Translations under genes and position numbers: made by a program
DNA from: Camelus dromedarius
Lineage: Eukaryota
Length of the DNA: 64,000 bases
Direction of reading: 5' to 3'
Assembly: GCF_036321535.1 (NCBI RefSeq)
Contig: NC_087436.1
Location: 25,980,001-26,044,000 of the forward strand
Notes under the pieces: generated by a model
Told to the model about the DNA's origin: nothing
The model's database searches: none
The model's input: the letters and a program-made list of their open reading frames with translations, nothing else
Shown: positions 12,668-26,830 of the stretch, piece by piece
Position numbering within the stretch: the first letter of the stretch is position 1
How the letters are laid out: every line of letters starts with the position of its first letter

Positions 12668-15600
12668 AGACACTGGACTTCCAGCTAGAGAGGGGTGATA
12701 AGAGACAAAGATATAAAGAGATGATTTCATTTTCAAAATCATTACTATCAAATGAGAAAAGAAATACCATTTAAAGTTATCAATCAAGTATACAATCTCC
12801 ATACAGTTCCATAAAGAAAGCTAACCTTTTTTTTTTTTCCCTTTGAAAAATTACTCCATCCCTGTCCTCAACATTGTCTAATTGTCCAGGGCATCTTTGA
12901 AGAAGGTCTATTTCCCAGGAGGCTTCAGTCTCTTAAGTATCTCTGGAAGGAGGTTATGGTTCCTGCTGTTTTTATAACCATCTAGAAATTAAGACAATAC
13001 TAGAGACACAAAAAAGATAACACCTCCAGTATCCAATAAATATTTGGTTTGATGGGATCTACCAATAAGGAAAAACCTGTCAAAACAGTGATTTTGAATT
13101 TTATTAGTTATTGATCTATAGTTCTATTTCAGAATCCCTGTTAAATACTGAGGTCAATACAAATTAATTTCAGTGTATTTATTGAAAATAGTTTCATGAC
13201 ACAAATTTATAGCCAAATTTATGACTAGTGGAATAAAACATAAATTATGTGCCACGGTGGAAGATAGCCAATGCATTAAAATCTGATGTTTTTGACATGT
13301 CCTTAATAAAAGAGAATGTTATAAATCATATTCAATATAAAATGTTAATAAATGGCACCTATGCATTTTTATAGGAAAGGAAGCTAAAATCATAGTAAAA
13401 GGGCATGGGTGGTGATGAGGGCATTTTCAAATTAAATGTAGAGTATTCTTCAATTTGTAATATGTTCAAGCAATTTAAAATAATTTTTGTTATATCATTG
13501 CATATTTTAGAGTAAAGATTGATAGGGCATAATTTAATCTTATATATAGAAATGAACTGAGGGAAATGGAAAAATTTACTAGTTTCATTGAGCAATGTAA
13601 ATAAGCTATCGAACTGAGTAATTCAGACCAAATTGCTTCAGATTTAAATAAATATCAATTTAGGTGCTTTTTAAATTTCTTCTCAGTTTTGTCTGAAGAA
13701 GCTCTGATGGATTCTTCCATCCCTCACAGTCCATTTTCTTCTCCTTACTTTTAGTTATACACATAGAATGCCACTGGTCTGCAGTCTGCATCCCTAGACT
13801 ATCCTTATAAGATACACTGGGTCCAAATGTATGCAGGTAGAGTTAAATGCAGCTTCCATATCACAACCTTAAGGAAGATTTTGCCCTTGAATCCTCATGA
13901 GGCTTAAACCTCATAAGGAAAATGTGAGAATTAAACAAGATAATTTATGTAAAACAATAAAATCAGTTATTATTAGTTATTAAATTTTTATTATCCATGT
14001 ATTAATTGTGGATGTTTTTGCTCTTATGAAACATTGTTAAAGAAAAATGTTAAACTGACAAATTCAAGGAAAGCGTAAATGAAGTGAGGCCAGAATTTCC
14101 TATACATTACAAAGTGGTTCCCGAATTAGAGTCTGTATTTCTTGATAGCGAAAACAAAATATGAAAATGTGGTTATTAACATAATTTCCTGTGTCTGTGA
14201 GAAAATGTGTGCTAAGTAGACATGAAGATTTTAAATACCTATATTTTAAAGTAATTTCTTTCATAGACTTTTAATTAATTCAAAGCAAGCTCTGCATCTA
14301 TGTCTATGCTTTTCAGTATAATTTCAGGTGAAATTTCAAAGTTTAAAGATGAGATGAAATCAGTTCTGTAGAATTTAGTGACAGTGCACAGCAGAGTGTG
14401 TAAGGATAGTGACCTAGTTTTGAATTCACGTTTGACCTCACCTGTGGCTCCCCAGGCAAGTTACTTACCTCAAGCAAATCTGAAGCCTTGGACTGCCTTG
14501 AAGACTGATGATTCAGATTCATTCAGGGTCCAAGAAAACTTTTTAAATGGACTGAAATTATTTGCATTAATTATTTATAACAGTTTAGTAGCCAAGTTTT
14601 CCAGAAAAGTCACCAGAACAAATTCCTCTTCATAATAGTAAAGTAATTTTCTTATGGCTAGAATAGTCTTCTGCAGAAATAATTGGTTCTCATAGGGAAC
14701 TGGGGACTTAGAAAGCCTGAAGATGCTGTGTTTCCCCTACTTGTATGGTTATCTTAGTAGTTTTTTAGTTATTTTTTCATTTAAGAATATGTAATTTATT
14801 AGTTGACATTTTTCCATCAATCTGTTCATCAACCTCAAAGGTTGGTGTCGGAATATGGATTAGCACAAAGACCTGGAACCTAAATATTAGGTTGATTTGA
14901 AAGAATTAGAAACAACAACAACAACAGAACACTTGGGCAAGGAAATGGTACCGAAAGGCTAAGATTGCACCAAGACCATTCAAAGCAAAGACTCCATTTA
15001 TATTTAGCAGTCATGAAGGATTGTTTCAGTAGAATATGACCCAAGATTTGAGATAGTTAATTATACTGGATTAAAAATAAATTACAGTCCAAAATGGTAA
15101 AGTGTACATTTCTCCTGTTGATTTTAGAGTCCACTGGCTTTAACCAAAGGAGTTGAGATGCCTGAGAATTTCCAACAGAAACTGACACCAAGAAGAAGCA
15201 CTAAACCAGAAATCTAGTAGGTAAGCAAAGCAAGAACTTAAGACTCTGGATCCTTATGTTTTTTTGAATAACTACTTGGGGTGTTAATGTTAGAAATGGT
15301 GGTGGTCAGAGGACTCCAACCTCATCCTCTCTGAAATGAAAGTTTATCATAAAGTAAAAATACACAAGAGCTGAGAAGTTCTTTGACTCAAAGCTCTCTG
15401 AAAAGGGAAAAGAAAGACAGAGGCAGATTGTAGAGTAAGGAAAAGAAAATTTCAAGTATGAGATTAGTATTAACTCAGTTTTAATACGCATAAGTAGCTA
15501 ATCTCTGTTTTTACTGGCTTTTTTTCTCTGAATGAGGTGCGGAACATGCAGGTTGATGATTTAAGAAGCTAATTACTATACACGTACACTACATTTAAAA

Positions 15601-16369
15601 AATTTTTTTTTAAAGATTATCTTCAGAGTACAGGACCACAAATGATTTCATACTTGGACCATATCTCTTCCAGGGGAGTGTCAGAAGTATTTAGGTGACA
15701 TAGAATTTTCATTGCTAAAATGTGGGTAATAAGAAATTTTATCCCCAAACTTCTCCTTGAATGATGTAAGTGAATGCATGATACATGGCCAGTTAGGGAG
15801 ATTCTGAGAGTGAATGTTTGCCTAACATGTCAAAGCTGTTTTGCTATTACCAGAGTGATTCATGATTCTAATGTATACTATATTGCTCTAAATATATGGT
15901 GGTCAAAGGGTTAACTAACTTTTGTTCTTCAAGCATGTTTGTGTTTAGGGGAAGATATTTTGCTGCACTGGAGCCAAAAGAGATAAGTAGGGGAGGCTGG
16001 AAATATTCCCAGTTTCTCCAATCCCAAGGTCTTTGGGAAAATAACATTTTTTCTTTTCTCATCCCCTTGAGGTGTTTTGCTAACCATGGCTTTTACCAGG
16101 CTTTCTTAAGTGAAAGCATCTGGCAAGGATATGGATGTCTGTCCCCAGCCATTGTCTCCTCTTCCCCATTTTCTTCATTATTTTTTAGTAAATATATGTA
16201 GTGAAGTTATATTGAAAAAAATTGAATAAAAAGGGAAATTACTATATTGGAAAGAAAATTGTTCAACATAGTTATGAAAACATTAAAGTGTTAGGAGCTC
16301 TGACATCAGTACTTTTGTCTAGGAGTAGCAAATGAAGCCAGTAGTGAAAAATCAGAGTAGGGATTCAAA

Positions 16370-17872
16370 CAGTTTCTGCTTCCACATGTAACGAGCTTGG
16401 AAGTCACTGCTCTGTCTTAAGAACAAGTAAACATTTGAACAGACCGAAAAACAACACTTCTTTTTGCATCCATGTGAGAGGGGAGATCACAAGGCAAACC
16501 ACTTTCCCCAAAGTTGGAGAGAAAGACAGGTGAAAACAGGGAGTCAGTCACAGCTTACCAGAGGAGAGACATACAAGCAGAAACCACTATAAGAACCAGT
16601 GCTGGGGAAGGAAAACCTGAACTGTAATTGACAAATTATTGGAGGCCCAGTATGGACAAGTCTGAGAATTAAGAACTCTGAGGAAAGCCAGTCATAGGGA
16701 AGCCCCCACAATATTGTTGGATTTACCTTCAGGAGCTCTACAAGGCTCCTACAGTAATCATCAGAGAAAAATACCCTCAGGCTTCTGGCAGGGAGAGGGG
16801 TAAGGAAACATTTTGAAATAATACAGAGTACTCTGTTCTTGTTAACAAGGCCTCCCTTCAGGGGAAGCTAGTTAACCTGAGCCTAACTTGCTGGTGTATC
16901 ATCAGAGCTTAAGTGACGTGGGGAAGGGAAATACCCAACTCTAATTAATCACATTGATTAGCCTCCAGCCAGGCTAACTAAGAAAAAAAAGACAAAAGGC
17001 ACAGATTACTAATATGAGAAGTGAGAAAGAGGGGGTATCACTAGAGACCCCAAAGACAGTAAAAGAATAACAAAGGATTTATTATAAAAAAGTCTGTGCC
17101 CACAAATTTGATAGCATAGACGTAATGGACCAATTTCTTGAAAGACATAATTTGCCAAAACTTATATAAGAATAGACAATCTGAATATTTGTGTATCTAT
17201 TAAAGAAACTTAATCAATAAATAATAACCTTCCAAAACAGAAAGCACCAAGCCTAGATGGATTCACTGGTGAATTCTGTTAAACATTTAAGGAAGAAATT
17301 ACACCAAATCTCTACAGTCCCTTTCAGAGGATAGAAGCCAAGGGGATACTTCCTAACTCATTCTTTGAGACCAGCTTACTCTAAAAACAAAACCAAAGGC
17401 ATTGAAGAAAAGACAACTACAGACCAGTATCTCTCATTAACATAAATGCAAAAATGCTCAACAAAATATTAGCAAATTACATTTAACAGTGTATAAAAAT
17501 AATTATATTCCACAACCAAGTGAGGTTTATACCAGACATGCAAAGCTTGTTCAACACTCAAATATCAATTTATGTATTTCATCATATCAACAGGCTAAAA
17601 AAAGAAAAAGCCCATGATCATATCAATAGATGCAGAAAAAATGTTAGCAAAATCCAGTGCTCATTCATGATAAACAATCGCAGTAAACTAGGAATATAGG
17701 GGAAAATCCTCAACTTGAAAAATAATTTCTACAAAAAAATCATATAGCTAATGTCATACTCAATAATGAAAAACTTGAATCTTTTTCATTAAGATAAATT
17801 GAAAATCAAAGGTCTTTTCTCTCATCACTCCTTTTCAAAACTGTACTAGAAGTACTAGCTAATGAAATAATA
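16370..17872 (+). mobile_element. Old L1: 5'-UTR-like part joined to an ORF2 (RT region) fragment
   Basis: From ~16960 the sequence is clear ORF2 (ggattcactggtgaattct, aaaatgctcaacaaaatattagcaaat, atcatatcaatagatgcagaaaaa). 16370-16950 resembles an L1M 5' end. Confidence 0.8.
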
Positions 17873-17929
17873 AATGTGGCGGAGAAGTGAAAGAATTCAG
17901 TGTAAAAAATAAAATAGTAAATATACTAA

Positions 17930-18990
17930 AATAAAATATGTTTAAATTCTTTTACAAGATTAGAGTAGAGAAGTGATTTCCAATTATGATTCAATATTTA
18001 GAATCCATTAAAGGAAATATTGATAAATTTGACTATACCAAAGTCAAATACTTCTGCATGGCAAAATAAAAGGGGGAAAAAAAAAACACTAAGTGAACTC
18101 TAGAAACAAGTGACAAGCTAGGAAAAAAGTATTTTCAACTCATCTATCAGAAGAAGGTTTAATCTTCCTAATTATGTAAAAACCTCCTAGATATATAAAA
18201 GATGAAAGATATAGATAGAACATAAAGAAACAAATTTAAATATACCTTAAAGAGTAATTAAAATTTTTTTCAATCTCACTCATAAGAGAAATGCAAATTA
18301 AAAATAAACCAAGATGCTATTTTTCACCTCTCATATTAGCAGGAATCCAAAGGGATGAGAAAATAAGAAAATGTTCTGTTGGCCAGGCTAAGGGAAAACA
18401 GATTCTTTCATACATTGCTGGTGGAAGGACAAATGGAATAATGCCAATAAAAAGAGTTATAAAAATACATCAAAATATGTGCCTTTACGCTGTGACCAAC
18501 AAATCTCTCTTCCCAGAAATTTTCTGATACACATTTTTGCATAGATAGGATGACATAGCTGTAAAGTAGTTCACTGAAATGTCATCTGTAAGTCCAAAAG
18601 TGTGGAAACAACCCAAGTGTTTATCAATAGGGAACTGATAATATTCCACTTTTGTTAAGCAGGGAAAGAAATTAAGGAAACTTTCTATATACTGATATTA
18701 AAGAGCTCAAGATACATCATCAGGTGAAAAAGCAACATGCAGAGTATTGTCTATAGAAAGTTACTTTTTTTGAAGTAAAAAGGGGAAAAACTATATATTA
18801 TGTTTGCACAAAGTACCCCAAAGTGATGTACCCAAAAGTAAAAATAGTGGTTGCCTCTGATGGAGTGAGGTGGGGTAAATTAAGTTGATGGTGATTGGGT
18901 GAGTCTGAGGCTTCTCACTGTTTACAGTTTTTTCTTTTGGATTTTTGAATTATGTAAATGTATTTCACATGCTAAGGGAATGAAAAAATA
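17930..18990 (+). mobile_element. Ancient L1ME-like 3' region
   Basis: ctcactcataagagaaatgcaaattaaaa, catacattgctggtggaa, ggaaacaacccaagtgtttatcaatagg. Confidence 0.75.
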
Positions 18991-20452
18991 AAAAAATTTA
19001 AAATCAATGATTCAGAATTATATATTCATAGCATTTTGTTGCTGAAATTGTTCAATACTCGTCGCTTCACTGGTGAAAAACAAAAGTTGGAAGTTTAGCT
19101 TTTATGATTTAGTTAAGTTTACATAGCTATATTGTGGTAAATCCCAAATTAGAACTGCAGTCATGTACTTTGTTAACATCTGAAATTCTGAATAGATTTC
19201 CTAAGACATATCTACCAGTTTAGTTCTCACTGTCAAGAAACTGTTTATCGAGGTGCTGGGTTAAAATGGAAATGCATTTGCATCCTTTCTCAAAGTATCA
19301 TATACCATAAATGTAATAGGTCAGAATAAAACTCATAAAGTTAATCTACAAGGATGAAGTAAGAAAAAAATTAAAGGAGGTATGACACATGTGGAGATGG
19401 TCCTTATAAATATCTGTAGTTTGTGAGAAGAAACAAATCTGTATGCTCTTGGATGTGCTTATTGAGAAAGGAAATTGACAGATATAAGCCATTTGCTTTT
19501 GATAAATTATAGAATTTAAAATAAAGTGAATGATATTTTAAAAATTGTGAAAAATTTTGCATTTTTTAAATAGAAAGGCTTACTCCATAGTTGCAATTTT
19601 ACAATGCATGCTTTGTGAAGTGAGATTGATCTACTTTTAAATACAGTGAAAACTTACAAAGGAATTGAACAGTATAACTAAAATGAACAAAACAAATGAC
19701 TCTTCCCACAAACCTTCTAATATCTAGAGTTGTTGAATATTTTAAAATTAATGTGAAGTTTGTAAGATGCCTATTGACTTTTAAAAGTTTTAAAATCATT
19801 ACCTTCAATCTAGTTAAACTTGGCTTATATTCTTCTAAATCACTTTAGTGTTATATGAAAGATTTCTTCATATCGAAATCAGTCATTTTGATGCTCTCTT
19901 CCATAAGGACTTATGGTTTTTTGGGCACAATACTATAATGGCTCTTTCATTGTTTTCATAAATTCAGGTCCTTAATCTCAATTAAGTTAACTTTTTTTCA
20001 TTCTACTACACTGAATCAAGGAACAACTAAAATTGACAGAAACCGAATTCCTTTTGTTCCTTTGTATTTTCTTATCTTAATTTTTAGAATATCATTTGTG
20101 AACCCCAAAGTCTACCAGGGACTAGGTGAATGTGGAAATCTTCCACCCAGGACTTATGTAAAATTTAGGGCAGGTCTTGCATTTTCTATTGTTCTTCTCT
20201 TTTACTCTCCTATTCTATGCAATGCAATTATTTTTTTGTAGTTGGAATAAAGTTTTTAAGTTCAGGTAATGCAACCTAAGATGATGAAAAAGGTATTAAA
20301 ATCTGATACTTGGAACCTAAAGTACAGCAGAAAAGTTGAGAAATTATTTTGTTTTATCATTTCTTTGCACCAAATTATAGAGTGTTTTGATCACCTTCTG
20401 TTCACCTTGCTATTAATTAAGGGATCCTTTGCTCTAAATGGTATGAAATGGC

Positions 20453-20976
20453 TATTACTGAACCAGATTTGTTTTGCCCTACACAGCAAGGCAAAACACT
20501 GAGACACTGAGGTTTGCATCAAAGAGCCAGTTTATTTGCAAGGCAACCAAGTGAGGAGACAGGAGAACAAATCTCACATCCACCTCCTTGAAGGCAAGGG
20601 GCTTGGGGTGTTTATGGGATAAACAGTAAAGAAGCAGGGAGGTCTGAGGCATGGGGAGTATGGGGAAAGGTGATAGGAAAAAGTGCTGTAATTGTCCTGC
20701 TCAGACATAATTAGGCTACAGGCCTCTACACCTTCTGAAGGTGCTTTTCTGCCCTGTGATGTCAAAAGTCACCAAGGACACTCACACATGCCTAGTTGAA
20801 GGGTTGGTGGGCCTATCCAACCTTAACCAGCTCAGCTGGAACTAGAGGCAGTTGACTCCAAGTTCCTGGAAAATAACTTGGGCAAACATAGGCTGTGTGC
20901 AACTTGGAGGACAAGCTAGTCTTTAAATGACCTTGATTAGTGAAGTCAGGTAAAATGGTTTTCACCCACAGTTTCA
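20453..20976 (-). mobile_element. Solo LTR, ERV1-like, nested in an older LTR
   Basis: 4-bp TSD tggc (20449-20452 and 20977-20980). Termini TA (from TG)...CA. Minus-strand AATAAA at ~20531. Confidence 0.8.
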
Positions 20977-20980
20977 TGGC

Positions 20981-21377
20981 CATATATACATACCATCCAA
21001 CAATCAAACAAAAGTTTATTAATTAAAGACACTCACAGCCCCAGAGGAGGACATGGCATGCCACACAGGGCCACACGGAGGTTGCACTCAGAGATACAGT
21101 GAATAAGCAGAGAGTTTAGGAGGTAGGTTTTGTAGTAAAAAGAGGGTTGGGTACCTGTGGGAGGATATGATTGGCTTATTAGAATAATGGCTCAGATTTG
21201 CAGGCAGGTGAAACCCATTAGGTCAAGGATGATCAAGTAGGGCCCAACTGGTCCAGCTGATCTGGCCAGGTGGGAGCTTTTCTCCCTGTGTGGAAGCATA
21301 TATGGTGAGAGGAAGGGGCCCTGTAAGGTTCAAAATGTCAAGGCAGCAGCACATGAAATTTTGGGCCTCATGATACG
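20981..21377 (-). mobile_element. MER54/MER74-like ERVL LTR (probably begins left of 20449)
   Basis: ggcatgccacacagggccacacggaggttgcactcag...ggaggatatgattggcttattagaataat. Confidence 0.6.
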
Positions 21378-22853
21378 TAAGTGTTGTAGTCCAACATATT
21401 GTGTTCCTCTTGAAGAGAACTTTTCTATTAATTTCTTTAGTTCTGTCTTAAATGAGTTTTTCTTTTTCTTCTCTAAGAGCTTAGGAAATACATCATTTTT
21501 CTGTGTGAAATGTTCAATATTGCATAATTAAAGATCTTATATAGTATCTCTAGTATGTAAAGTACCTAAAGGATGAACTACTGATTTAACAAAGTTTAAA
21601 AAAGAAGATTATATTGATGTTTAAAAATTTAAGAGATGTTTTTAATTTTATGGAGTGTTCTGATGATTTTCTAATTAATAAAATATAGGAAGGTTCTGTG
21701 GAATGTGATAGAATGGAAAGAGAACACAGAAGGAAACCAAGGTTCTAATTCTGGTTCTTTTGGATGTAATTTTTAGTCTTCAGTTTCTTCAATGGAAAAT
21801 AAGATGATAAAAGAAGATTTTTATTTTCCTCCTGTCCCAGTATTATTTTAATTCATCTAAGCTTAAAAAATGTTTTAAAAATACTTTGCCAGCTTGCATG
21901 TATATTTTAGTTTTAGTTCTGTAAATTATGGCCCAAAGGTAGTGGAACAGATGGCTGTCAGAAGAAAACGGTATCTTTTAGTCGATACCAAAGGGGAGGA
22001 AAGCCAAGGGAATATACCCCCACTGAAATATTTTGCTGATGTTCACCTTGGTAATTGTGCACCAACTCATTCATATTATAGAATTATTGCAAGAACCATA
22101 ATGATTTATTTAAGGTATTTACAAACACTTCAACTTAAAACATGCCAGATGTTTAATATATCCACATCAATAAAACTTGTGCAGATAAAATGTAGCAGAT
22201 GCTCTTTAAAAGAAAATTTGGTCATTTTAAGGATACAAGTTGAAAGGAAGCATCTTCTTCCCTTTACAGTGATTCTATTTATTCTTTCAGAATTTATTGA
22301 ATACAAGATTGAGAGAAAATAGGTTAACCACAACAAAAAATGAAAGAAATGCTGTTGCTCTATTTTCATTTCCCTTAATACTTCTGGGAGTTGAAAACAT
22401 ACATAGAAAGATCTAGCTTTGGCAGAAAGAACAAATGAATCAAAATGAAACTCAAATCTACTGCATGCAAAAGAGGTAGAATGTTCTTTTTGTATGCAGT
22501 TTTGGGGATTGATTGTAGAATTTGGGGTCTGTGATACAGTGGGGTTTTTGTTGGTGGGTTCTTGGGGCATTGTATAAATCACTCTCATTTCTCTACTCTT
22601 TTCTTTAATCTGTGGAAAACCTTTGGCAAGTAATTTGTTTTGGAGTGTTAGAAGATTCTGATGAAATGAGATTTGCTTAGAAGAGGGAAAGCTTAGGATA
22701 GGCCTGGAGTTTAGCTGTGAGTAATGCTAAGGGTCTTTTTGTCTTTTTCTAAGTTGCTCAACCACTTTTATTGGAATAGGACAAATGGGAAGAGGATAGC
22801 TATCAGAAGTTTTCTGTTCAGGAATAAAAGTCATGGAGTTGTCTCAAGCTTAC

Positions 22854-23015
22854 CTTTTATTCATATTCCTGGATGCCAACCCCTACAATTGGGCAAAAAA
22901 TAGATTTGGCGTATGCAATGGTGTCAATATTATGTCCAAACTGAACATTAGATAAATAAGCTTTATAAAGTCAGCTGCAACTGCCTATCCATCTGAGCAT
23001 GAACTGAGATTCTGT
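22854..23015 (-). pseudogene. Exon-like remnant (162 nt, phase 0-0)
   Basis: cagtttctag|ACA...TAAAAG|gtaagc. Reads TESQFMLRWIGSCS*LYKAYLSNVQFGHNIDTIAYAKSIFCPIVGVGIQEYE*K. Confidence 0.55.
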
Positions 23016-23569
23016 CTAGAAACTGCTGTTTTATTCCCTTGGCAGTATTAACAAATACCCTGTGTAAGTAAAGACTATTTATTGACTATTGAAAAGAATT
23101 GATTTTTAAAATTTTTGTTCTTTTGCAAGTGTCTTCTAAATGTTCTTTTTTTAGCTCTTTATTATTGATTGATTTTAATAATTAAAATACGCATACACAC
23201 ACACACTTCACTAGCAGCAAGTGATTTGAAATCAGTGATCATCTTTGTTTTCCCAGTGTTAATTAAAATGATAAAACATACAAGCAAACAATACTTAGTT
23301 TTATTCTTAATTTTTCTTATAATGAATTCTTACAGTGCCCACACCTTGATTATCTACTTATCAAAATTGTACCAATCTTTACAGGTTCATCTCAGATACA
23401 ATCTTCTGTGAATCATTTATTTTTTCTTCCCATCCAAATAAATATATTCTTTTCCCTTTGAAACCAACAATATTTTATGTTTCTTATCTTGCTTATCTTA
23501 CTCTTCCTACATTTAAAATTGTATGTGTATGCTTTATCGTGAGCATTAAATTCAAATAATTTATTCTCT

Positions 23570-24400
23570 TCAAAGTATCTGTTGAATACCTTCTAGGGTC
23601 CTGTTTTATATTTTTGAATTACATCCTTGAAGAAAATAGGTGCGATTCTTTGCTTGGTGGAATTATATTGTAATTGATATAGACAAATATAATCAATATA
23701 TTAATTAAACAGAATGCTAGAGAATAGTAATTATTGGAATAAGAAAAAGTAAAACATGTAATGGGAGTGACGGGAAGTTGGAGTTAGAGTAAAATAATGG
23801 GATAGAAAAATGTCCCACACTAAGAAGGGGACATTTTTATGAAGACTCAATTGGTGAGTAGGGAGTTAGCCATATCCCTCCCTGGGGTTGCGGGAATTTG
23901 GAAGAGTGCTCCAGGCAGAGGAAACAGCCAGTACAGAGGTCCTAAAGCAGGATCATGGAAGACAAGTCAGAGTAATAGAGGCCAGTGTAACTGGAAGGGG
24001 ACCTGTTTGGGAGACTGGGGTGTGATAAGAAGTGATATCAGGATGATAATGCAGGGCTAGATCATTAAGGGCTTTATAAGCCCCTTAAAGGATTTTGCCT
24101 TTTACTTAGGTAAATTATATGGACATTGCAGGATTTTTAGCAGATGAGTGACAAGATCTGACTGCTTTAAAAAACTCTCAATGTATTGTATTGAGAATAT
24201 GTATTAGCAGTGCCAGGGATAGAAACAGGAAGACTAGTTAAGAGGATATTGTAGAAGAGGGATGATACTATCTCAAATCACAGAATATCTTTGACAGTAG
24301 TAAGTGGACATATTCCGGGCAAGTTTGCAATGGACAGATTTGGAGGAGAATATAAAGAGTTTAGTTTAAGAAATGTTGATGTGATGTCTACTATACATTC
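23570..24400 (-). mobile_element. L2 fragments
   Basis: tccaggcagaggaaacagccagtacagagg, gattttgccttttact, gagtgacaagatctgac, gagtttagtttaagaaatgttga. Confidence 0.7.
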
Positions 24401-25564
24401 TATATTTATGTGAGCAGGGACACATTCTTTTTGCTAAGTGTTGTTTACACCTAGTCATTTATTGCATAGTAACTAGGTATATGAAACATAAAAACATCAC
24501 TATGTTTTCTTCTTACCTCATATAATGGTATTATTAGATAATAAAAAAAGTTTATGTTCTATCCTAAGGTAGTCAACTTAATACTTAGAGAACTAGACTA
24601 AATATTTTTCTTTAATTTCTGATTCTTTGATAAAGATTTTACCAAATCTGTAACCTATTAGAAAATAAAAATTTTAAAAATTAAAACTCATGGCCCATAT
24701 TCTGTAGATTTGTGAAAACATGCCATATTTTTTCACAATGACCATATTAAAGTATACCTATCATATTAAATACTTTTCATATCTGGTAAAGTGTCAGGTG
24801 TTCTGAAAATTGGCACAACAAATGAATTGGACACACAGAGATAATACCTTTGCCAGCCCAGAAAATATATGCAGTGCTTCTATGCCTGCATACCCCTTTA
24901 TTCTTCTCATGATTTATCATGGAAATGTGAGGTGACAGTTTTATATATGGAATGCAAATCTGGCTCACTCTACCAATCCAATGCATATTAATATGTATGT
25001 ATGGTAATTTTTGTTGCTTGTAGAATAGCCTTTAGACATACAATTTAATAGGTGAAGTATTTGAATGTATGCATTCTATGGATTTGTTTTTATTAAACTG
25101 GTAAACTAGTTTGTTGAAATTTGCTCAGTGATTGTCAGTCTTTTATTATATTCCCATACATGATCAAAAAACAAGAGATAAGATGCATTATCATATATAT
25201 GCATGCATCATATACTTGCCAACGTAAATGTTGTTTCTAATTATGGAAACTCAATAACTTTATTGAAGCAAGAGAGTTATTTTGGAAGAGTAATTGTTAC
25301 AAAATGAAGCATACATTTTCACAAAGTTTCAGAAATTATCTGACTTAGAGTATGATCCACCAAGTAATTCTTAGCTTTCTAATGTCATTATAAAAAAAAA
25401 CAAACAACTTTATAATCCCTAATTATTTTCCCCACATGTCAAATATCATTATCAGCTAGACTTGGTTATGAAGATGAAAAAACTCCCTTCATCGTTTCCC
25501 CTTAGCTTTCCTTAATACTGCACTTCAAAGATATAAGTGTGTGTTTTACAGTCAATAACTTATA

Positions 25565-25740
25565 TTTGAATCTTCTATCCAGGCATTTCCTAGCTGGGTG
25601 ACCTTAGACAAATCTTTTAAACTCTAAGCATCAGTTTCTCCAACTATAAATGGCAATAATAACAGTGATGCTTTATGAGTAATTAAGATGAGAGGTGAAA
25701 TGTTTACTATTCTTTCCTACACATAATTAGCACTCAGTGT
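25565..25740 (+). mobile_element. MIR SINE
   Basis: tagctgggtgaccttagacaaatcttttaaactctaagcatcagtttctccaactataaatggcaataataac. Confidence 0.8.
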
Positions 25741-25999
25741 GATTTATGAGTGTCATCACCATCATATGTGTATGATTTATAAAATGGTATACCTTTTCCC
25801 TGTTTATAGACAATAGTTCTACCCTATAAAGTACGTAGATTCTGTATCTGATCAGAAAACTTATACTTGAAAGTGTTATTTTTCTCTCATGTGTTCTATA
25901 ATTATGCTGATCTATTTCCATAAACACGCCCAGATTTCTTTTCTTAGAAACAACAATAAAATACTCCTCAGATGCAGATCTCTTTTCCTAACCTGCATC

Positions 26000-26830
26000 C
26001 CCTTCCAGTTGTCATCTTCTACTGCTCTGCGCTGACACCATCCCAGTTTCTTGAAAGAACTGCTGTGCTTGATTTCTTTATTCCTCACCTCACATTCACT
26101 TCTTCATTCTGGATATGGCTCTTATCTTTCTTTTCAAATCCATCTGTTTATTCCATAATCTTAATATCTATAAATACAATGAATATTTTCCCAGCTTTTT
26201 CTTGTCCTACTTTAGTGGCATTTGACAGAATTGACTACTTCCTTTATTTTCAATATCTCATCCAATGACATCAGTGTCCTAACTTTCTTTGTTTGCCTTC
26301 CAGCTGTTCCTTCTTAGTCTCCTTGCCTCATCCTTCAAAGCTTTACATTAAGTGTTCTAGTTTCTTGGAAACTCTTGATGACTTCACCAAAGTTCACACT
26401 TTTTTATTCTTTTCAATTTCTCAGTCAGTTGTTAAGCAACAATGACAAAAAACACAAACAACTACAACAAAAATGTCTGATTATTCTGGCTCAAAAAATA
26501 AAACACATATTTGAATTATTTTTTTCCTTTACCTTTTAAATCCAGTACATCAAAAAGTCCTATTACCTCAGCATTTTAAGTCTATACTATATCTGATGAC
26601 TTTTCACCATTTATTTCTACTATCATTTTCTCCCCTAAGATACAATCTTACTGTTTCCTATGTAGCTACATATACATAAAAAGAATAAGCATAATATATA
26701 GCATAGTTAGATTTGGTCATGACAAGTGCTGTGGAAGAAAATTAAGCAAGGAAAGGCACTAGAAATGATGTGGCTTCAATTTTAAATAAGAAGTGAATGT
26801 AGGCCACACTGAAAAGGTGATATATAAATG
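26000..26830. mobile_element. L2 fragments (plus, then a short minus piece)
   Basis: gcatttgacagaattgactacttcc; gacaagtgctgtggaagaaaattaagcaagg. Confidence 0.55.

Noticed and set aside
12855..12981. Minus-strand exon candidate (NLLPEILKRLKPPGK...)
   Set aside because: Weak donor, several stops and no phase support; could be chance.
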